A stretch of 64,000 bases of DNA from an uncultured Saprospirales bacterium (GTDB lineage Bacteria; Bacteroidota; Bacteroidia; Chitinophagales; JADIYW01). A program made the translations under genes and the position numbers. The notes beneath the pieces are model-generated. The model did not search any database, had not been told where the DNA came from, and saw only the letters and a program-made list of their open reading frames with translations. Location: positions 16,930 through 80,929 of the forward strand of contig CALLKF010000138.1 of the NCBI GenBank assembly GCA_938008535.1, given 5' to 3'. Below, piece after piece: positions 47,385-56,908 of this stretch; the stretch's first letter is position 1, and every line of letters starts with the position of its first letter.

Positions 47385-48743
47385 ATGGAAAAGAAACAGT
47401 ATGAAAGACCGATTATAAAATCGCTAAATGCAGGTTTAATGAATAAGTTCGGAACACGCACCGAATATGCACCAATGACACACATCGATAATGTTGCAGT
47501 GAAGGATTTGATTCGCGAATTTGGTTCACCTTTATTTGTGTTGTCAGAAAGAAAAATCAGAGACAATTTTAAAACGGCAAAGCGCATTTTTGAAACACGT
47601 TATCCAAAAGTACAATTCGCATGGTCTTATAAAACGAATTACATCAATGCAATTTGTAACATATTCCATCAAGAAGGTTCTTGGGCCGAAGTAGTGTCGC
47701 GTTTTGAGTATGAAAAAGCTTTAAAAAATGGTGTGCCTGGTAAAAAGATATTGTTCAACGGACCTGATAAAACGGATGATGACTTGCGCACTGCTATCAA
47801 AAATGATTCACCAATTCATATCGATCATTTAGATGAATTGTATCGTTTGATAGAGTTAGCTACAGAATTAAAAACGAAGCCTCGCGTTGCCATTCGTGTA
47901 AACATGGATACAGGTGTGTATCCAATGTGGGATCGATTTGGTTTTAATTATGAGAACGGTCAAGCTTGGGACGCCATCAATAAAATCATGGCAACTGATA
48001 AATTAAATTTAATAGGATTGCATTGTCATATTGGTACATACATGCTAGTACCAAGTGCGTATGGTGTGGCTGCGAATAAAATGGCAGACCTTGCACTTGG
48101 TGTGAAAAAACGTTATAACAAAGTAATCAGCTATATAGATATGGGTGGCGGCTTTGCTTCTAAAAATACATTGAAAGGTTCGATGCAATTAGGTGTAGAT
48201 TATGTTCCTGAAATCAATCAGTATGCAGAAGCAATTTGTTCTACCTTATTAAATGCTGGTTTTGATAAAGATGAATTGCCTTATTTATATTTAGAAACAG
48301 GACGCGCATTAATTGATGATGCTGGATTTTTATTAGGGTCTGTGATTTCTAACAAACGCTTGTCTGATGGAAGACGCGCAACGATTATGGACTTTGGTGT
48401 GAATATTTTATTTACTGCTTTTTGGTACGATCATAAAGTTTCGCCAGCGCAAGAATTTGGAATGCACACAGAAGATTCAGTAATTTATGGACCTTTGTGT
48501 ATGAATATTGATGTAGTACGCGAAAATATTTCATTACCACCATTAAAGGCAGGCGACCAAGTGGTAGTGCATTATGTTGGTGCATATAATATCACACAAT
48601 CGATGCAGTTTATTGCATTGCGACCTGCTGTTGTATTGATTGATTTATCAGGAAAACCACATGTTATCAAACAAAAAGAAAGTTTGAAAGATGTAGAAAA
48701 TAATGAAGTGATGCCTGATTATTTAAAAAAAATTAAGCTGTAA
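47385..48743 (+). CDS. PLP-dependent decarboxylase, Orn/Lys/Arg/DAP decarboxylase family (fold type III)
   Basis: FAWSYKTN (PLP-lysine context), HIDHLDEL, LHCHIGT, DMGGGF, and C-terminal GPLCMNID...VGAYN motifs typical of this family. Confidence 0.85.
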   Translation: MEKKQYERPIIKSLNAGLMNKFGTRTEYAPMTHIDNVAVKDLIREFGSPLFVLSERKIRDNFKTAKRIFETRYPKVQFAWSYKTNYINAICNIFHQEGSWAEVVSRFEYEKALKNGVPGKKILFNGPDKTDDDLRTAIKNDSPIHIDHLDELYRLIELATELKTKPRVAIRVNMDTGVYPMWDRFGFNYENGQAWDAINKIMATDKLNLIGLHCHIGTYMLVPSAYGVAANKMADLALGVKKRYNKVISYIDMGGGFASKNTLKGSMQLGVDYVPEINQYAEAICSTLLNAGFDKDELPYLYLETGRALIDDAGFLLGSVISNKRLSDGRRATIMDFGVNILFTAFWYDHKVSPAQEFGMHTEDSVIYGPLCMNIDVVRENISLPPLKAGDQVVVHYVGAYNITQSMQFIALRPAVVLIDLSGKPHVIKQKESLKDVENNEVMPDYLKKIKL

Positions 48744-48786
48744 AAAAGTAATTTTTTAGATTTCTAATAATCAATAAATATTAAGT

Positions 48787-50970
48787 TTGAAAAAAGTTAA
48801 GCAACATATTATTTTATATATAGAAGGCATTCTAAATAGCTATTCGCAAATCTTTTTCTCTACCAATAAATTATTTGCGTTGCTGCTCATGTTTGTTACA
48901 TTCTTTGACCTACGCTTAGGTTTTAGTGGTTTGTTAGCGATATTGATTGGACAATTTACAGCAACGGTTTTTAATTTTAATAAAGAACATATTCGCAGCG
49001 GCTCATACACGTTCAACGCAGTCTTAGTTGGCATTGCCATCGGTAATATGTATGAATACAATGTATCGTTTTTTGTATTACTATTGATGTCGTCTATTTT
49101 AGTTTTCTTTATTACGCTATGGTTCTCAACTTCGCTCGCAAAACGCGGTTTACCATACTTAAGTATTCCATTTATTATTACGATTTGGATAGTTGTTTTA
49201 AGTAGTGGAAACTTTTTCTCGTTAAAACCAAACATAGAACATACCTATTTTTTGAATACTATTTTCCCTGGTGTTTTTAACCAAACTACACAAGATATCA
49301 GTGGTTACAGGTTTGCCAATTTTATTTATTTATACTTGCGTTCGCTTGGTGCTATTTTTTTTCAATACAATGATTTAGCTGGAATTTTTATTGTTATCGG
49401 TTTGATAATTTATTCAAGAATTGCCTTTGTATTATCTGTATTTGGATTTATCGTTGGCTATTTATTTTATTATTTTTTACAAGGAGATTTTACACCATTA
49501 GTATACACATACATTGGTTTCAATTTTATTTTAACCGCAATTGCATTAGGTGGATTTTTTGTGGTAGCATCTAATAAATCATTTTTGTTGATTCTATTTA
49601 TGATGCCAATTATCGGTTTATTAATTAGTTCGCTGAATGTATTTTTTATTAATTTACATTTACCAATTTATTCGTTGCCGTTCAATATTATAGTGCTATT
49701 GTGTTTGTCTGCGTTATATCTTCGACCAAGTGCAAACGGCTTGCAATTGGTAGGTGTGCAGCAATATTCACCTGAAAAAAATCACTATAAATATTACAAT
49801 TCATTAGAACGTTTTAGTGCTGAAACCTATTATCATATTGCATTGCCAATTATGGGTGAGTGGCATATTTCGCAAGGACACAATGGTGATATTACACATA
49901 AAGAAGACTGGAAATTTGCCTGGGATTTTGATTTGCTTGATATAGACGATAAATCATTTAAATTACCAGGCGAAGCTTTGACTGATTTTTATTGCTACGA
50001 TATGCCTGTGTTGGCGCCTGCAGATGGATGGATTGTAACTATTGTAGATACTATTTTAGATAATCAAATCGGTGAAGTAAATTTGGAAAATAATTGGGGA
50101 AATACCATCATCTTAAAACATGGTGAATTACTGTACTCAAAATTATCGCACTTAAAACATGACTCAATAAAAGTAAAAGTTGGTGATTTTGTACGCAAAG
50201 GAACTTGTATCGCAACAGTAGGAAATTCAGGTAGATCACCAGAGCCACACTTACATTTCCAAATGCAGGCAACACCACATATTGGTTCTAAAACAGTGTC
50301 GCATCCAATCAGTTATTACTTGTCAAATGAAAATGAACTTCTTAATTTTCATTCGTTTGATATTCCAGTACAACATGAAGTTGTAAGTAATATTTTAACA
50401 ACAAAATTATTGTTAGACAGCTTCAATTTTATTCCTGGTGAAAAAATAAAATGGTTACTAAAAAATGAAAGTAAAGAAGAAAATGTGCAATGGGAAATTT
50501 TTACGAACGCATTGAATCAATCTTATATTTATTGTCATACAACGAAGTCAACTGCGTATTATGTAAACAACGGAACGCTTTTTTATTTTACTGATTTTTA
50601 TGGTGATAAGAATTCCTTTCTGCATTCATTCTATTTGGCTGCGCATCGTGTGTTGTTAGCATATTATGAAGATGTAACGATAAAAGATAAATTACTCATC
50701 GATTCTTTTTTCAATCCAATTATAAAAACTATACACGATTTTACTGCACCATTTTTTCATTATTGTACTGCTGATTATCAGTTTCAATTTATTTCAACAG
50801 ATGACGAACATTTGCCAACTAATATAAATGCCAAAAGTATAAGCGAAGGAAAAATATTCGGCAAGAAAACACAGACGATTGAAAGCATTATTACGTTCGA
50901 TAAAAATACAATACAAAGTGTCGAAATTTTAAATGGAAATAAAAAAATAACAGCCACATGCGTACGATAA
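48787..50970 (+). CDS. Fusion protein: urea-transporter-like polytopic membrane domain + M23 zinc metallopeptidase domain
   Basis: The N-terminal ~330 aa contain ~10 TM helices with UT-like ILNSYSQIFF and SGSYTFNAVLVGIAIG. The C-terminal part has HNGDITHKEDWKFAWDFD (HxxxD) and GNSGRSPEPHLHFQ (HxH), the M23 zinc ligands. A TTG start is needed to include the UT N-terminal motif. Confidence 0.8.
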   Translation: MKKVKQHIILYIEGILNSYSQIFFSTNKLFALLLMFVTFFDLRLGFSGLLAILIGQFTATVFNFNKEHIRSGSYTFNAVLVGIAIGNMYEYNVSFFVLLLMSSILVFFITLWFSTSLAKRGLPYLSIPFIITIWIVVLSSGNFFSLKPNIEHTYFLNTIFPGVFNQTTQDISGYRFANFIYLYLRSLGAIFFQYNDLAGIFIVIGLIIYSRIAFVLSVFGFIVGYLFYYFLQGDFTPLVYTYIGFNFILTAIALGGFFVVASNKSFLLILFMMPIIGLLISSLNVFFINLHLPIYSLPFNIIVLLCLSALYLRPSANGLQLVGVQQYSPEKNHYKYYNSLERFSAETYYHIALPIMGEWHISQGHNGDITHKEDWKFAWDFDLLDIDDKSFKLPGEALTDFYCYDMPVLAPADGWIVTIVDTILDNQIGEVNLENNWGNTIILKHGELLYSKLSHLKHDSIKVKVGDFVRKGTCIATVGNSGRSPEPHLHFQMQATPHIGSKTVSHPISYYLSNENELLNFHSFDIPVQHEVVSNILTTKLLLDSFNFIPGEKIKWLLKNESKEENVQWEIFTNALNQSYIYCHTTKSTAYYVNNGTLFYFTDFYGDKNSFLHSFYLAAHRVLLAYYEDVTIKDKLLIDSFFNPIIKTIHDFTAPFFHYCTADYQFQFISTDDEHLPTNINAKSISEGKIFGKKTQTIESIITFDKNTIQSVEILNGNKKITATCVR

Positions 50971-52331
50971 AATATATCATAATATTGTTGCTGGTTTCAA
51001 AAATAGGCAACACTTTTGCACAATTAAATTCATCTGATATTGAGCAAAAAAGCTATCAGTATTATGCAGATAAAAAATGGAAACAATTAATAAAATATGG
51101 CAACTCGGTTGTAAACCAAGGTTATGATGAATATTATTTCAATCTGCGTTTAGGTATTGCATGCTTTAATAAATTCAACTATTATAAAGCAGCAGATTAT
51201 TTCAAACGTGCCTTAAAAAATGATGCAACAAGTGATGTCGCAAAAGAGTATTTATACTGGTGTAATATTTATATGGATGATGAAAAAAAAGCAGCTGAAT
51301 ATTATGCAATGTTGCCTGATGATACACAAAAAAGAATTCATTATAAACCAAAGAAAATACTGGAATCTATATTTGTAGAAGGTGGTTTGAAAATTTCTGA
51401 CAAGCAAAATGAAGCGAAAAATTTAGGTTATTTCAATCTTGGATTGAATCATAAACTTTCTTCAACATTTAGTATTTATCAAGCATATACGTATCAGCAG
51501 CAATCACAAATTTGGGGAAATTTTAAACAGCATCAATATTATTTTGCTCCAACTGTTACTTTCAAACATCGATGGAAATTGACGCTAGGTTTTCATTATG
51601 CAAACTATAATAGTAATCTGAATTTTCCAGATCAATTTGTCGCACAAAATCCAAAACCACTCGTTCCACCACCAGCTGGCACGTCTTTCTTTGATTCTAC
51701 TACTTATCACAAAGGATTGATGAATGGTAAATTTGTATCAAATAGTTTGTTTTCACAAATAACTATTTCTAAATCAATAAAGCGTATAAATATCAATCTA
51801 CATCTTGCTGTATTTACAGAGTTTAATAAACCAAATTATAGATTACTTGCTCGCGATTCGATAAATATTAAAGAGATGCAAGCAGCAACATTAATCAACG
51901 AAAATAATGTGATTGTAAATAAAGATAGTCTTGTGAATAGTAAATCAAATGTCTTTACTTATTCAGTAGGACTTGGTTTGTTTTATAATTTTCCACGTGT
52001 AACTATTGGTGCTGATATTTCTACTATAGTTTCGTATAAAAAAGCATACGTGGTTTGTTCTCCTTCTATAAGTGCTTTGTTGGCAAAAAGATTTTTAATT
52101 AGTTCTTATTTTACTTATAAAGGTTTTTATCCAATGGCAACTAATGATGCTGCTTTTTTATACAATAGTTATGATCAAATTAAATACAAGATAAGTACAA
52201 CAGGAACAGTAATTGCATCCAAAAATGTGAATATTTATGCAACTTATCAGTTTGAAAAAATAAGTCAAATTCTGTTGCCTTCAGTATATAATTTGCATAC
52301 TATTTTACTTGGATTAAAATTTACTTTATAA
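50958..52331 (+). CDS. Secreted TPR-containing protein with C-terminal beta-barrel-like region (putative outer-membrane protein)
   Basis: Signal peptide (LLLVSKIGNTFAQ), TPR-like helices (YYKAADYFKRALKND), then ~300 aa of alternating beta-strand pattern ending LLGLKFTL. The start overlaps the upstream gene by 13 nt. Confidence 0.55.
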   Translation: MRTIKYIIILLLVSKIGNTFAQLNSSDIEQKSYQYYADKKWKQLIKYGNSVVNQGYDEYYFNLRLGIACFNKFNYYKAADYFKRALKNDATSDVAKEYLYWCNIYMDDEKKAAEYYAMLPDDTQKRIHYKPKKILESIFVEGGLKISDKQNEAKNLGYFNLGLNHKLSSTFSIYQAYTYQQQSQIWGNFKQHQYYFAPTVTFKHRWKLTLGFHYANYNSNLNFPDQFVAQNPKPLVPPPAGTSFFDSTTYHKGLMNGKFVSNSLFSQITISKSIKRININLHLAVFTEFNKPNYRLLARDSINIKEMQAATLINENNVIVNKDSLVNSKSNVFTYSVGLGLFYNFPRVTIGADISTIVSYKKAYVVCSPSISALLAKRFLISSYFTYKGFYPMATNDAAFLYNSYDQIKYKISTTGTVIASKNVNIYATYQFEKISQILLPSVYNLHTILLGLKFTL

Positions 52332-52382
52332 AAATATATTCAACTTTTTAACAGCTCATTACTAACTAATAAAACAACAAAA

Positions 52383-52991
52383 ATGAAAAAAACAATCACA
52401 ACAATTGTAATAGTACTGGCTATTACTATGCTTGCAAAGGCGCAAGATGACAAGGTAATTGCTGCTCTTTCCAGCAGCTATGCAGGTGAAAGCAACAAAG
52501 AATATTTGGCATCTATTGTCACGCTCGAAAACGTTTACGATGCAAATTCTTACATGCTGAATTTGCGTTTAGGTTGGTTGCATTATTTAAAAAAAGATTA
52601 TGCAAAATCACAAGAGTATTATAAAAAAGCAATTGCTTTAGAACCAAAAAGTATTGAAGCAAGATTAGGTTTAGTATCGCCAACTGCAGCGTTGGAAAAA
52701 TGGGACGACGTACTCAAAACATACAAAGATATTTTAGTAATTGATCCAAATAACACAGTGGTAAATTATCGCGTTGGTTATATTTATTATTTCAGAAAAA
52801 ATTTCGTTGAAGCAGAAAAATATATTGTTTCTGTGTTGAAATTATATCCTTTTGATTATGATACGAATGCATTGTTAGGTGCAAATTATTTAGCGCAAGG
52901 AAAAATTAAAGAAGCAAAAAAATACTATAGCGTTGCTTTGGCGTATAATCCGAATTCAAAAGAAATACAAGAAGTGATGAAGAAACTGTAA
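52383..52991 (+). CDS. Secreted tetratricopeptide-repeat protein
   Basis: Signal peptide (LAITMLAKAQ) and repeated TPR pattern (YAKSQEYYKKAIALEPKS, EAKKYYSVALAYNPNS). Confidence 0.7.
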   Translation: MKKTITTIVIVLAITMLAKAQDDKVIAALSSSYAGESNKEYLASIVTLENVYDANSYMLNLRLGWLHYLKKDYAKSQEYYKKAIALEPKSIEARLGLVSPTAALEKWDDVLKTYKDILVIDPNNTVVNYRVGYIYYFRKNFVEAEKYIVSVLKLYPFDYDTNALLGANYLAQGKIKEAKKYYSVALAYNPNSKEIQEVMKKL

Positions 52992-53013
52992 ACTATTGCC
53001 GTAAATCAGTTTC

Positions 53014-53043
53014 AAAAAACCTGCAAATTATTGCAGGTTTTTT
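53014..53043. terminator. Bidirectional rho-independent terminator
   Basis: Hairpin aaaaaacctgcaa / atta / ttgcaggtttttt: a 13-bp stem with an A-run and a T-run. It sits between convergent genes and touches the stop codon of the minus-strand gene. Confidence 0.9.
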
Positions 53044-54226
53044 ATTTTTTTAGAAAGTATTTTACTTTCAATTTTTGTAATTGTTTCTCATAAAATTCAT
53101 AGGATAAAGCTGCTGCTATAATGGTTAATGAAAGTATGATAATATAAATTACTGGCACCACATAGAAATTGTATTTCTTGCAAAAATAAATCACTACAAA
53201 TATAATAGACACGTGATATAGATAAATTCCGTAAGAGATTTTGCCTAAATAATTAAAAACGGTATTGTCTAAAATTGGAATGCGTTTGTTGTCTTTTACA
53301 AAATATAAAATTAAAAAAGACAATAGAACTGAAAATAATTCTTGTGTTACTAACGGAATTGGATATTTAGAAAGAATAACAAGAATTGCACCAATTCCAC
53401 AAATAATTGCGCGAGTTTTCGTTACATTTTTTGCAATCCAATCTTTTTTATAGAAGAAAAGATATGCAGCAAACGCGCCAATAAACATACAAGATAATCT
53501 TGTTAGGTATAAGAAGAACATAATAAAATGGAAAATAGAAATTACTGTTTTAGATTTCAAAATCCAGTAACCAATCATCAAACCAGTAAATGCTATTAGT
53601 GAAATAATGTAATAAAATAAAATACTGTTGCGAATTGATTTGACAATATCTTTAGACTTGCGCATCACTGGTGCCCAAATAAAATAGAAAAATTCTTCAA
53701 TACCTGTGCTCCACAAATGACCTGCAACAATGGTCCAATTATCTAAAACCACAGAAATCGTTAAAGATAAATGCGGTAACATGATTAGTGATAAAAAAAA
53801 GTATACACCATGATTCATCATAATTGGTGTTAAAGTTGATTTGCTATATGTAAACGCGTAAAATAAATCACTAATTTCTTTCACAGGTGTGTGTGCAATT
53901 ACAAACCATTGAATAAATAGCACCAAATAATATGGAGGCCAAATCCTGAAAATACGATTCAAAAAAAACTTTTTCAACACAACATCATTTGTTGCCTGCT
54001 TTTCTTCAATTAAAATATGTGTAATTAAAAAACCACTGATTACAAAAAATGCAGTCAAGAAAACAGCACCAATATTGGTGTAAAATAATATATGCTTATG
54101 CTGATAATTTTTTATACCAAGAATACTCAACAAGTCATTCGTATGCCCAAAAACGCCATACGTTGCCAGGTAGAAACGGATTGCTGTAAGATTGGTGAAA
54201 TAATGATGTTTTACTTTTACTGACAT
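53042..54226 (-). CDS. Acyltransferase family 3 membrane protein
   Basis: Polytopic, with NRIFRIWPPYYLVLF and WSTGIEEFFY motifs typical of acyltransferase_3. Confidence 0.7.
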   Translation of the reverse strand: MSVKVKHHYFTNLTAIRFYLATYGVFGHTNDLLSILGIKNYQHKHILFYTNIGAVFLTAFFVISGFLITHILIEEKQATNDVVLKKFFLNRIFRIWPPYYLVLFIQWFVIAHTPVKEISDLFYAFTYSKSTLTPIMMNHGVYFFLSLIMLPHLSLTISVVLDNWTIVAGHLWSTGIEEFFYFIWAPVMRKSKDIVKSIRNSILFYYIISLIAFTGLMIGYWILKSKTVISIFHFIMFFLYLTRLSCMFIGAFAAYLFFYKKDWIAKNVTKTRAIICGIGAILVILSKYPIPLVTQELFSVLLSFLILYFVKDNKRIPILDNTVFNYLGKISYGIYLYHVSIIFVVIYFCKKYNFYVVPVIYIIILSLTIIAAALSYEFYEKQLQKLKVKYFLKK

Positions 54227-54262
54227 TTCGGTTTCAAAAATAAGGTTTTGAATTCAATTTTG

Positions 54263-55798
54263 TTAATAGATTTTTTGCTCAACGTTTTTGTTTACACTTG
54301 GCTCATAATCTTTAAGTTGTTGCTTCAAAATAAAATACTGAACACTATCTACCGCATAGAAATTTATTTTTGATAAACCGCAGACTCTGTTGTGGTTAAT
54401 CTTCCATTCACCAGCTTTTATCCAAGTTTTTGGCATTCCATTGTTTGCAAAAATATCATAAAAAACACCAATTTTAAAACCATATTTTTCTTGTTGTTGG
54501 TCAATAAAACCTGGTTTAAAATGAAATTTCTTTGTTTTAGTTGCGGCAACATCTAAAGTGGCAATGCCTGCAATATCATAAATTTTTACATCTGTTGAAA
54601 AAGCCAAATAACCAATATCATGCACCAAAACAGCTTGCTTGTCGTAATATTTTTTTAGAAATTTAGAAAACTGAATTTGCTGTTCGTAAATATTTTTTGG
54701 TGCCATTTGAATGACCCAAATATTGAACGCTAAACGAAAAACTATAGATACAATAAAAACGGTTTTCAATACTGATGATAATTTTGATTTGCTTAAATAG
54801 AGTGCTTGTTCGTCATTATAAAAATAAGCAATAAAATAAAGAACGATTGGCACAATTAAATATGCTTCATAGCGATAAAAATGCAAAACGCCAGCAAACA
54901 ATAAATGTGCGCCTGTAGTCAGTAAAATAATTAAAAAACTCCAATGTGTAGTTTTAAAATGTTGTTTCCAGAAGTAAATTCCAACCAAAATAATGTAAAT
55001 AGTAAAATGAATATTTACTGTAAAATCAAAAACTACTTTTATGATAAATGCAAGAATACCTTGCAGATTTGGTTCAATAAAATTTCCCTTAGTAACTAAT
55101 GTGTTTGGTAAAAAATAAGAACCATGTTGCACTGAATACATTCCATAAATAATAATAGGTGAGAAGCCAATAAGCATTAACAAAAATGCAGGAACGATCT
55201 TTTTGTGATACAGTAGAATTAAAAATGCTGAACATAAAATAAACATACTTTCGTAACGCAACATCGTTAACATAAAACCAAGAAACAAAAGTAGTAGCAT
55301 GTTTTTTGAACCTGCAATAAATTGGTCAAACTCCAACAAAAATAACAGTAAAAACAAAACATGCAATGAATGTTCCATCGCGAATAATGGCAATGGAAAG
55401 ATTGAAACCAGGAAAATATTTATTGCTAAAAATTTTTGTTTGCTGATTTGTTCCGCGTAATATTTATAGATAACAACAAACAATAAAAAATAAGGAACGA
55501 AATTTAAAACGTATGGATAATATTGATGATTGCCAAAAAACTTAAATCCAACAGCTAATAAAATAGTATAAAGAAAAGAAGAACTTGAAGAAGTAAAAAA
55601 ATCTTGGTTCGTGCTCCAAACTTTATAATACGCTAAGTTTCGAGCAATTGCCATGTGAATGTAGGTGTCATCAGTTGAATAAATAAATTGATGTTCGCAC
55701 AAAAAATAACTGCGTAATAATTGAAGCGAAAGTACTAAAAATGCAGCCAAAGCGCAATAGATAGAAATTTTTTTATAGCTAAACGATTCTATCTTCAT
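54263..55798 (-). CDS. Polytopic membrane protein, possibly GT-C-type glycosyltransferase (ArnT/PMT-like)
   Basis: About 12 TM helices, an acidic first-loop motif (YSTDDTYIHMAIARN) and a soluble C-terminal domain. The assignment is tentative. Confidence 0.4.
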   Translation of the reverse strand: MKIESFSYKKISIYCALAAFLVLSLQLLRSYFLCEHQFIYSTDDTYIHMAIARNLAYYKVWSTNQDFFTSSSSSFLYTILLAVGFKFFGNHQYYPYVLNFVPYFLLFVVIYKYYAEQISKQKFLAINIFLVSIFPLPLFAMEHSLHVLFLLLFLLEFDQFIAGSKNMLLLLFLGFMLTMLRYESMFILCSAFLILLYHKKIVPAFLLMLIGFSPIIIYGMYSVQHGSYFLPNTLVTKGNFIEPNLQGILAFIIKVVFDFTVNIHFTIYIILVGIYFWKQHFKTTHWSFLIILLTTGAHLLFAGVLHFYRYEAYLIVPIVLYFIAYFYNDEQALYLSKSKLSSVLKTVFIVSIVFRLAFNIWVIQMAPKNIYEQQIQFSKFLKKYYDKQAVLVHDIGYLAFSTDVKIYDIAGIATLDVAATKTKKFHFKPGFIDQQQEKYGFKIGVFYDIFANNGMPKTWIKAGEWKINHNRVCGLSKINFYAVDSVQYFILKQQLKDYEPSVNKNVEQKIY

Positions 55799-56844
55799 AA
55801 AGAATTATAGTAGTTTAAACTTTCTAAAATTTCATCTTTATTAATTTCAATATCAAAAACACTATTGCCAATTTCGGATAACAAAGCTGCTAAAATTTTT
55901 GTAGCATTATTTTTTTTATCAGATAACATCGAAGTAATTATTTTATCTGTGTTGTAGTTTTCGATATTGTATTTTGGAAAATACTTTAAAATAAGTGTCG
56001 TTATTTCATTTAATTCATCTTCGTGCAAACCACATTTTTTTACAGATAAAAAACTTTCGCAAATCATACCAATCGCAATCGCTTCGCCATGTAATAAAGG
56101 TGTTTCGTCATGTTCCAAAGAATACGCTTCTATCGCGTGTCCAATCGTATGTCCGAAATTTAAAATTTTACGTAAACCTTTTTCAAACGGATCTGTTTCA
56201 ACTACTACTTTCTTTATTTGTAACGAATGAAAGACAATAGCACTTATATCGCAATTATGAATGTCAATATTTTTATAAACTAACCATTGCGATTTGTCTT
56301 TTATCAAAGCATGTTTGATTATTTCAGACCAACCATTTATGAATTGTCGCGTTGGTAATGTTTTTAAAAATTGCGATGAAACCAATACTAATTTTGGATT
56401 TCTAAATAAGCCAATTAAGTTTTTTCCGTATTTAAAATCGATACCTAATTTTCCACCAATCGATGAATCAACCTGTGATAACAACGTTGTTGGAATATTG
56501 ATAAAATCAATGCCACGTTTGTAGCAACTCGCAGCAAAGCCACTCATATCGCCAATAACACCGCCACCAAGATTGATGACTATTGCTTTGCGGTCTGCGT
56601 TGTGTTCAATTAATTGTTGCCAAATAAATTCGCAGGTTTCTAAGTTTTTATGAATTTCACCGCTTTTAGTTTCTATAATTTCAATAGCAGTTAAAACGTT
56701 TTGCAAAATTGGCAAGCAATGTTGTTTTGTATTTTCATCAACAACTACAAAAACTTTTGAATATTTATGTTCTGCTAAAAAGTTAGGCAATGATGAAAGC
56801 GTATCATCAAAAATAATTTCGTAATCTTTTAAAGAAATATTCAT
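55795..56844 (-). CDS. aroB: 3-dehydroquinate synthase
   Basis: LGGGVIGDMSGFAAS, metal-binding GHTIGHAIE...HGEAIAIGM, ~349 aa. Confidence 0.9.
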   Translation of the reverse strand: MNISLKDYEIIFDDTLSSLPNFLAEHKYSKVFVVVDENTKQHCLPILQNVLTAIEIIETKSGEIHKNLETCEFIWQQLIEHNADRKAIVINLGGGVIGDMSGFAASCYKRGIDFINIPTTLLSQVDSSIGGKLGIDFKYGKNLIGLFRNPKLVLVSSQFLKTLPTRQFINGWSEIIKHALIKDKSQWLVYKNIDIHNCDISAIVFHSLQIKKVVVETDPFEKGLRKILNFGHTIGHAIEAYSLEHDETPLLHGEAIAIGMICESFLSVKKCGLHEDELNEITTLILKYFPKYNIENYNTDKIITSMLSDKKNNATKILAALLSEIGNSVFDIEINKDEILESLNYYNSL

Positions 56845-56857
56845 TATTTATTTTTTG

Positions 56858-56905
56858 AACTTTAGAAAAGTTTGAAATCGTTCGCAATAGAACTTTTCTA
56901 AAGTT
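56858..56905. other. Perfect 15-bp inverted repeat (stem-loop) in the aroB leader
   Basis: aactttagaaaagtt (56858-56872) and aacttttctaaagtt (56891-56905), separated by an 18-nt loop. Confidence 0.85.
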
Positions 56906-56908
56906 TAG

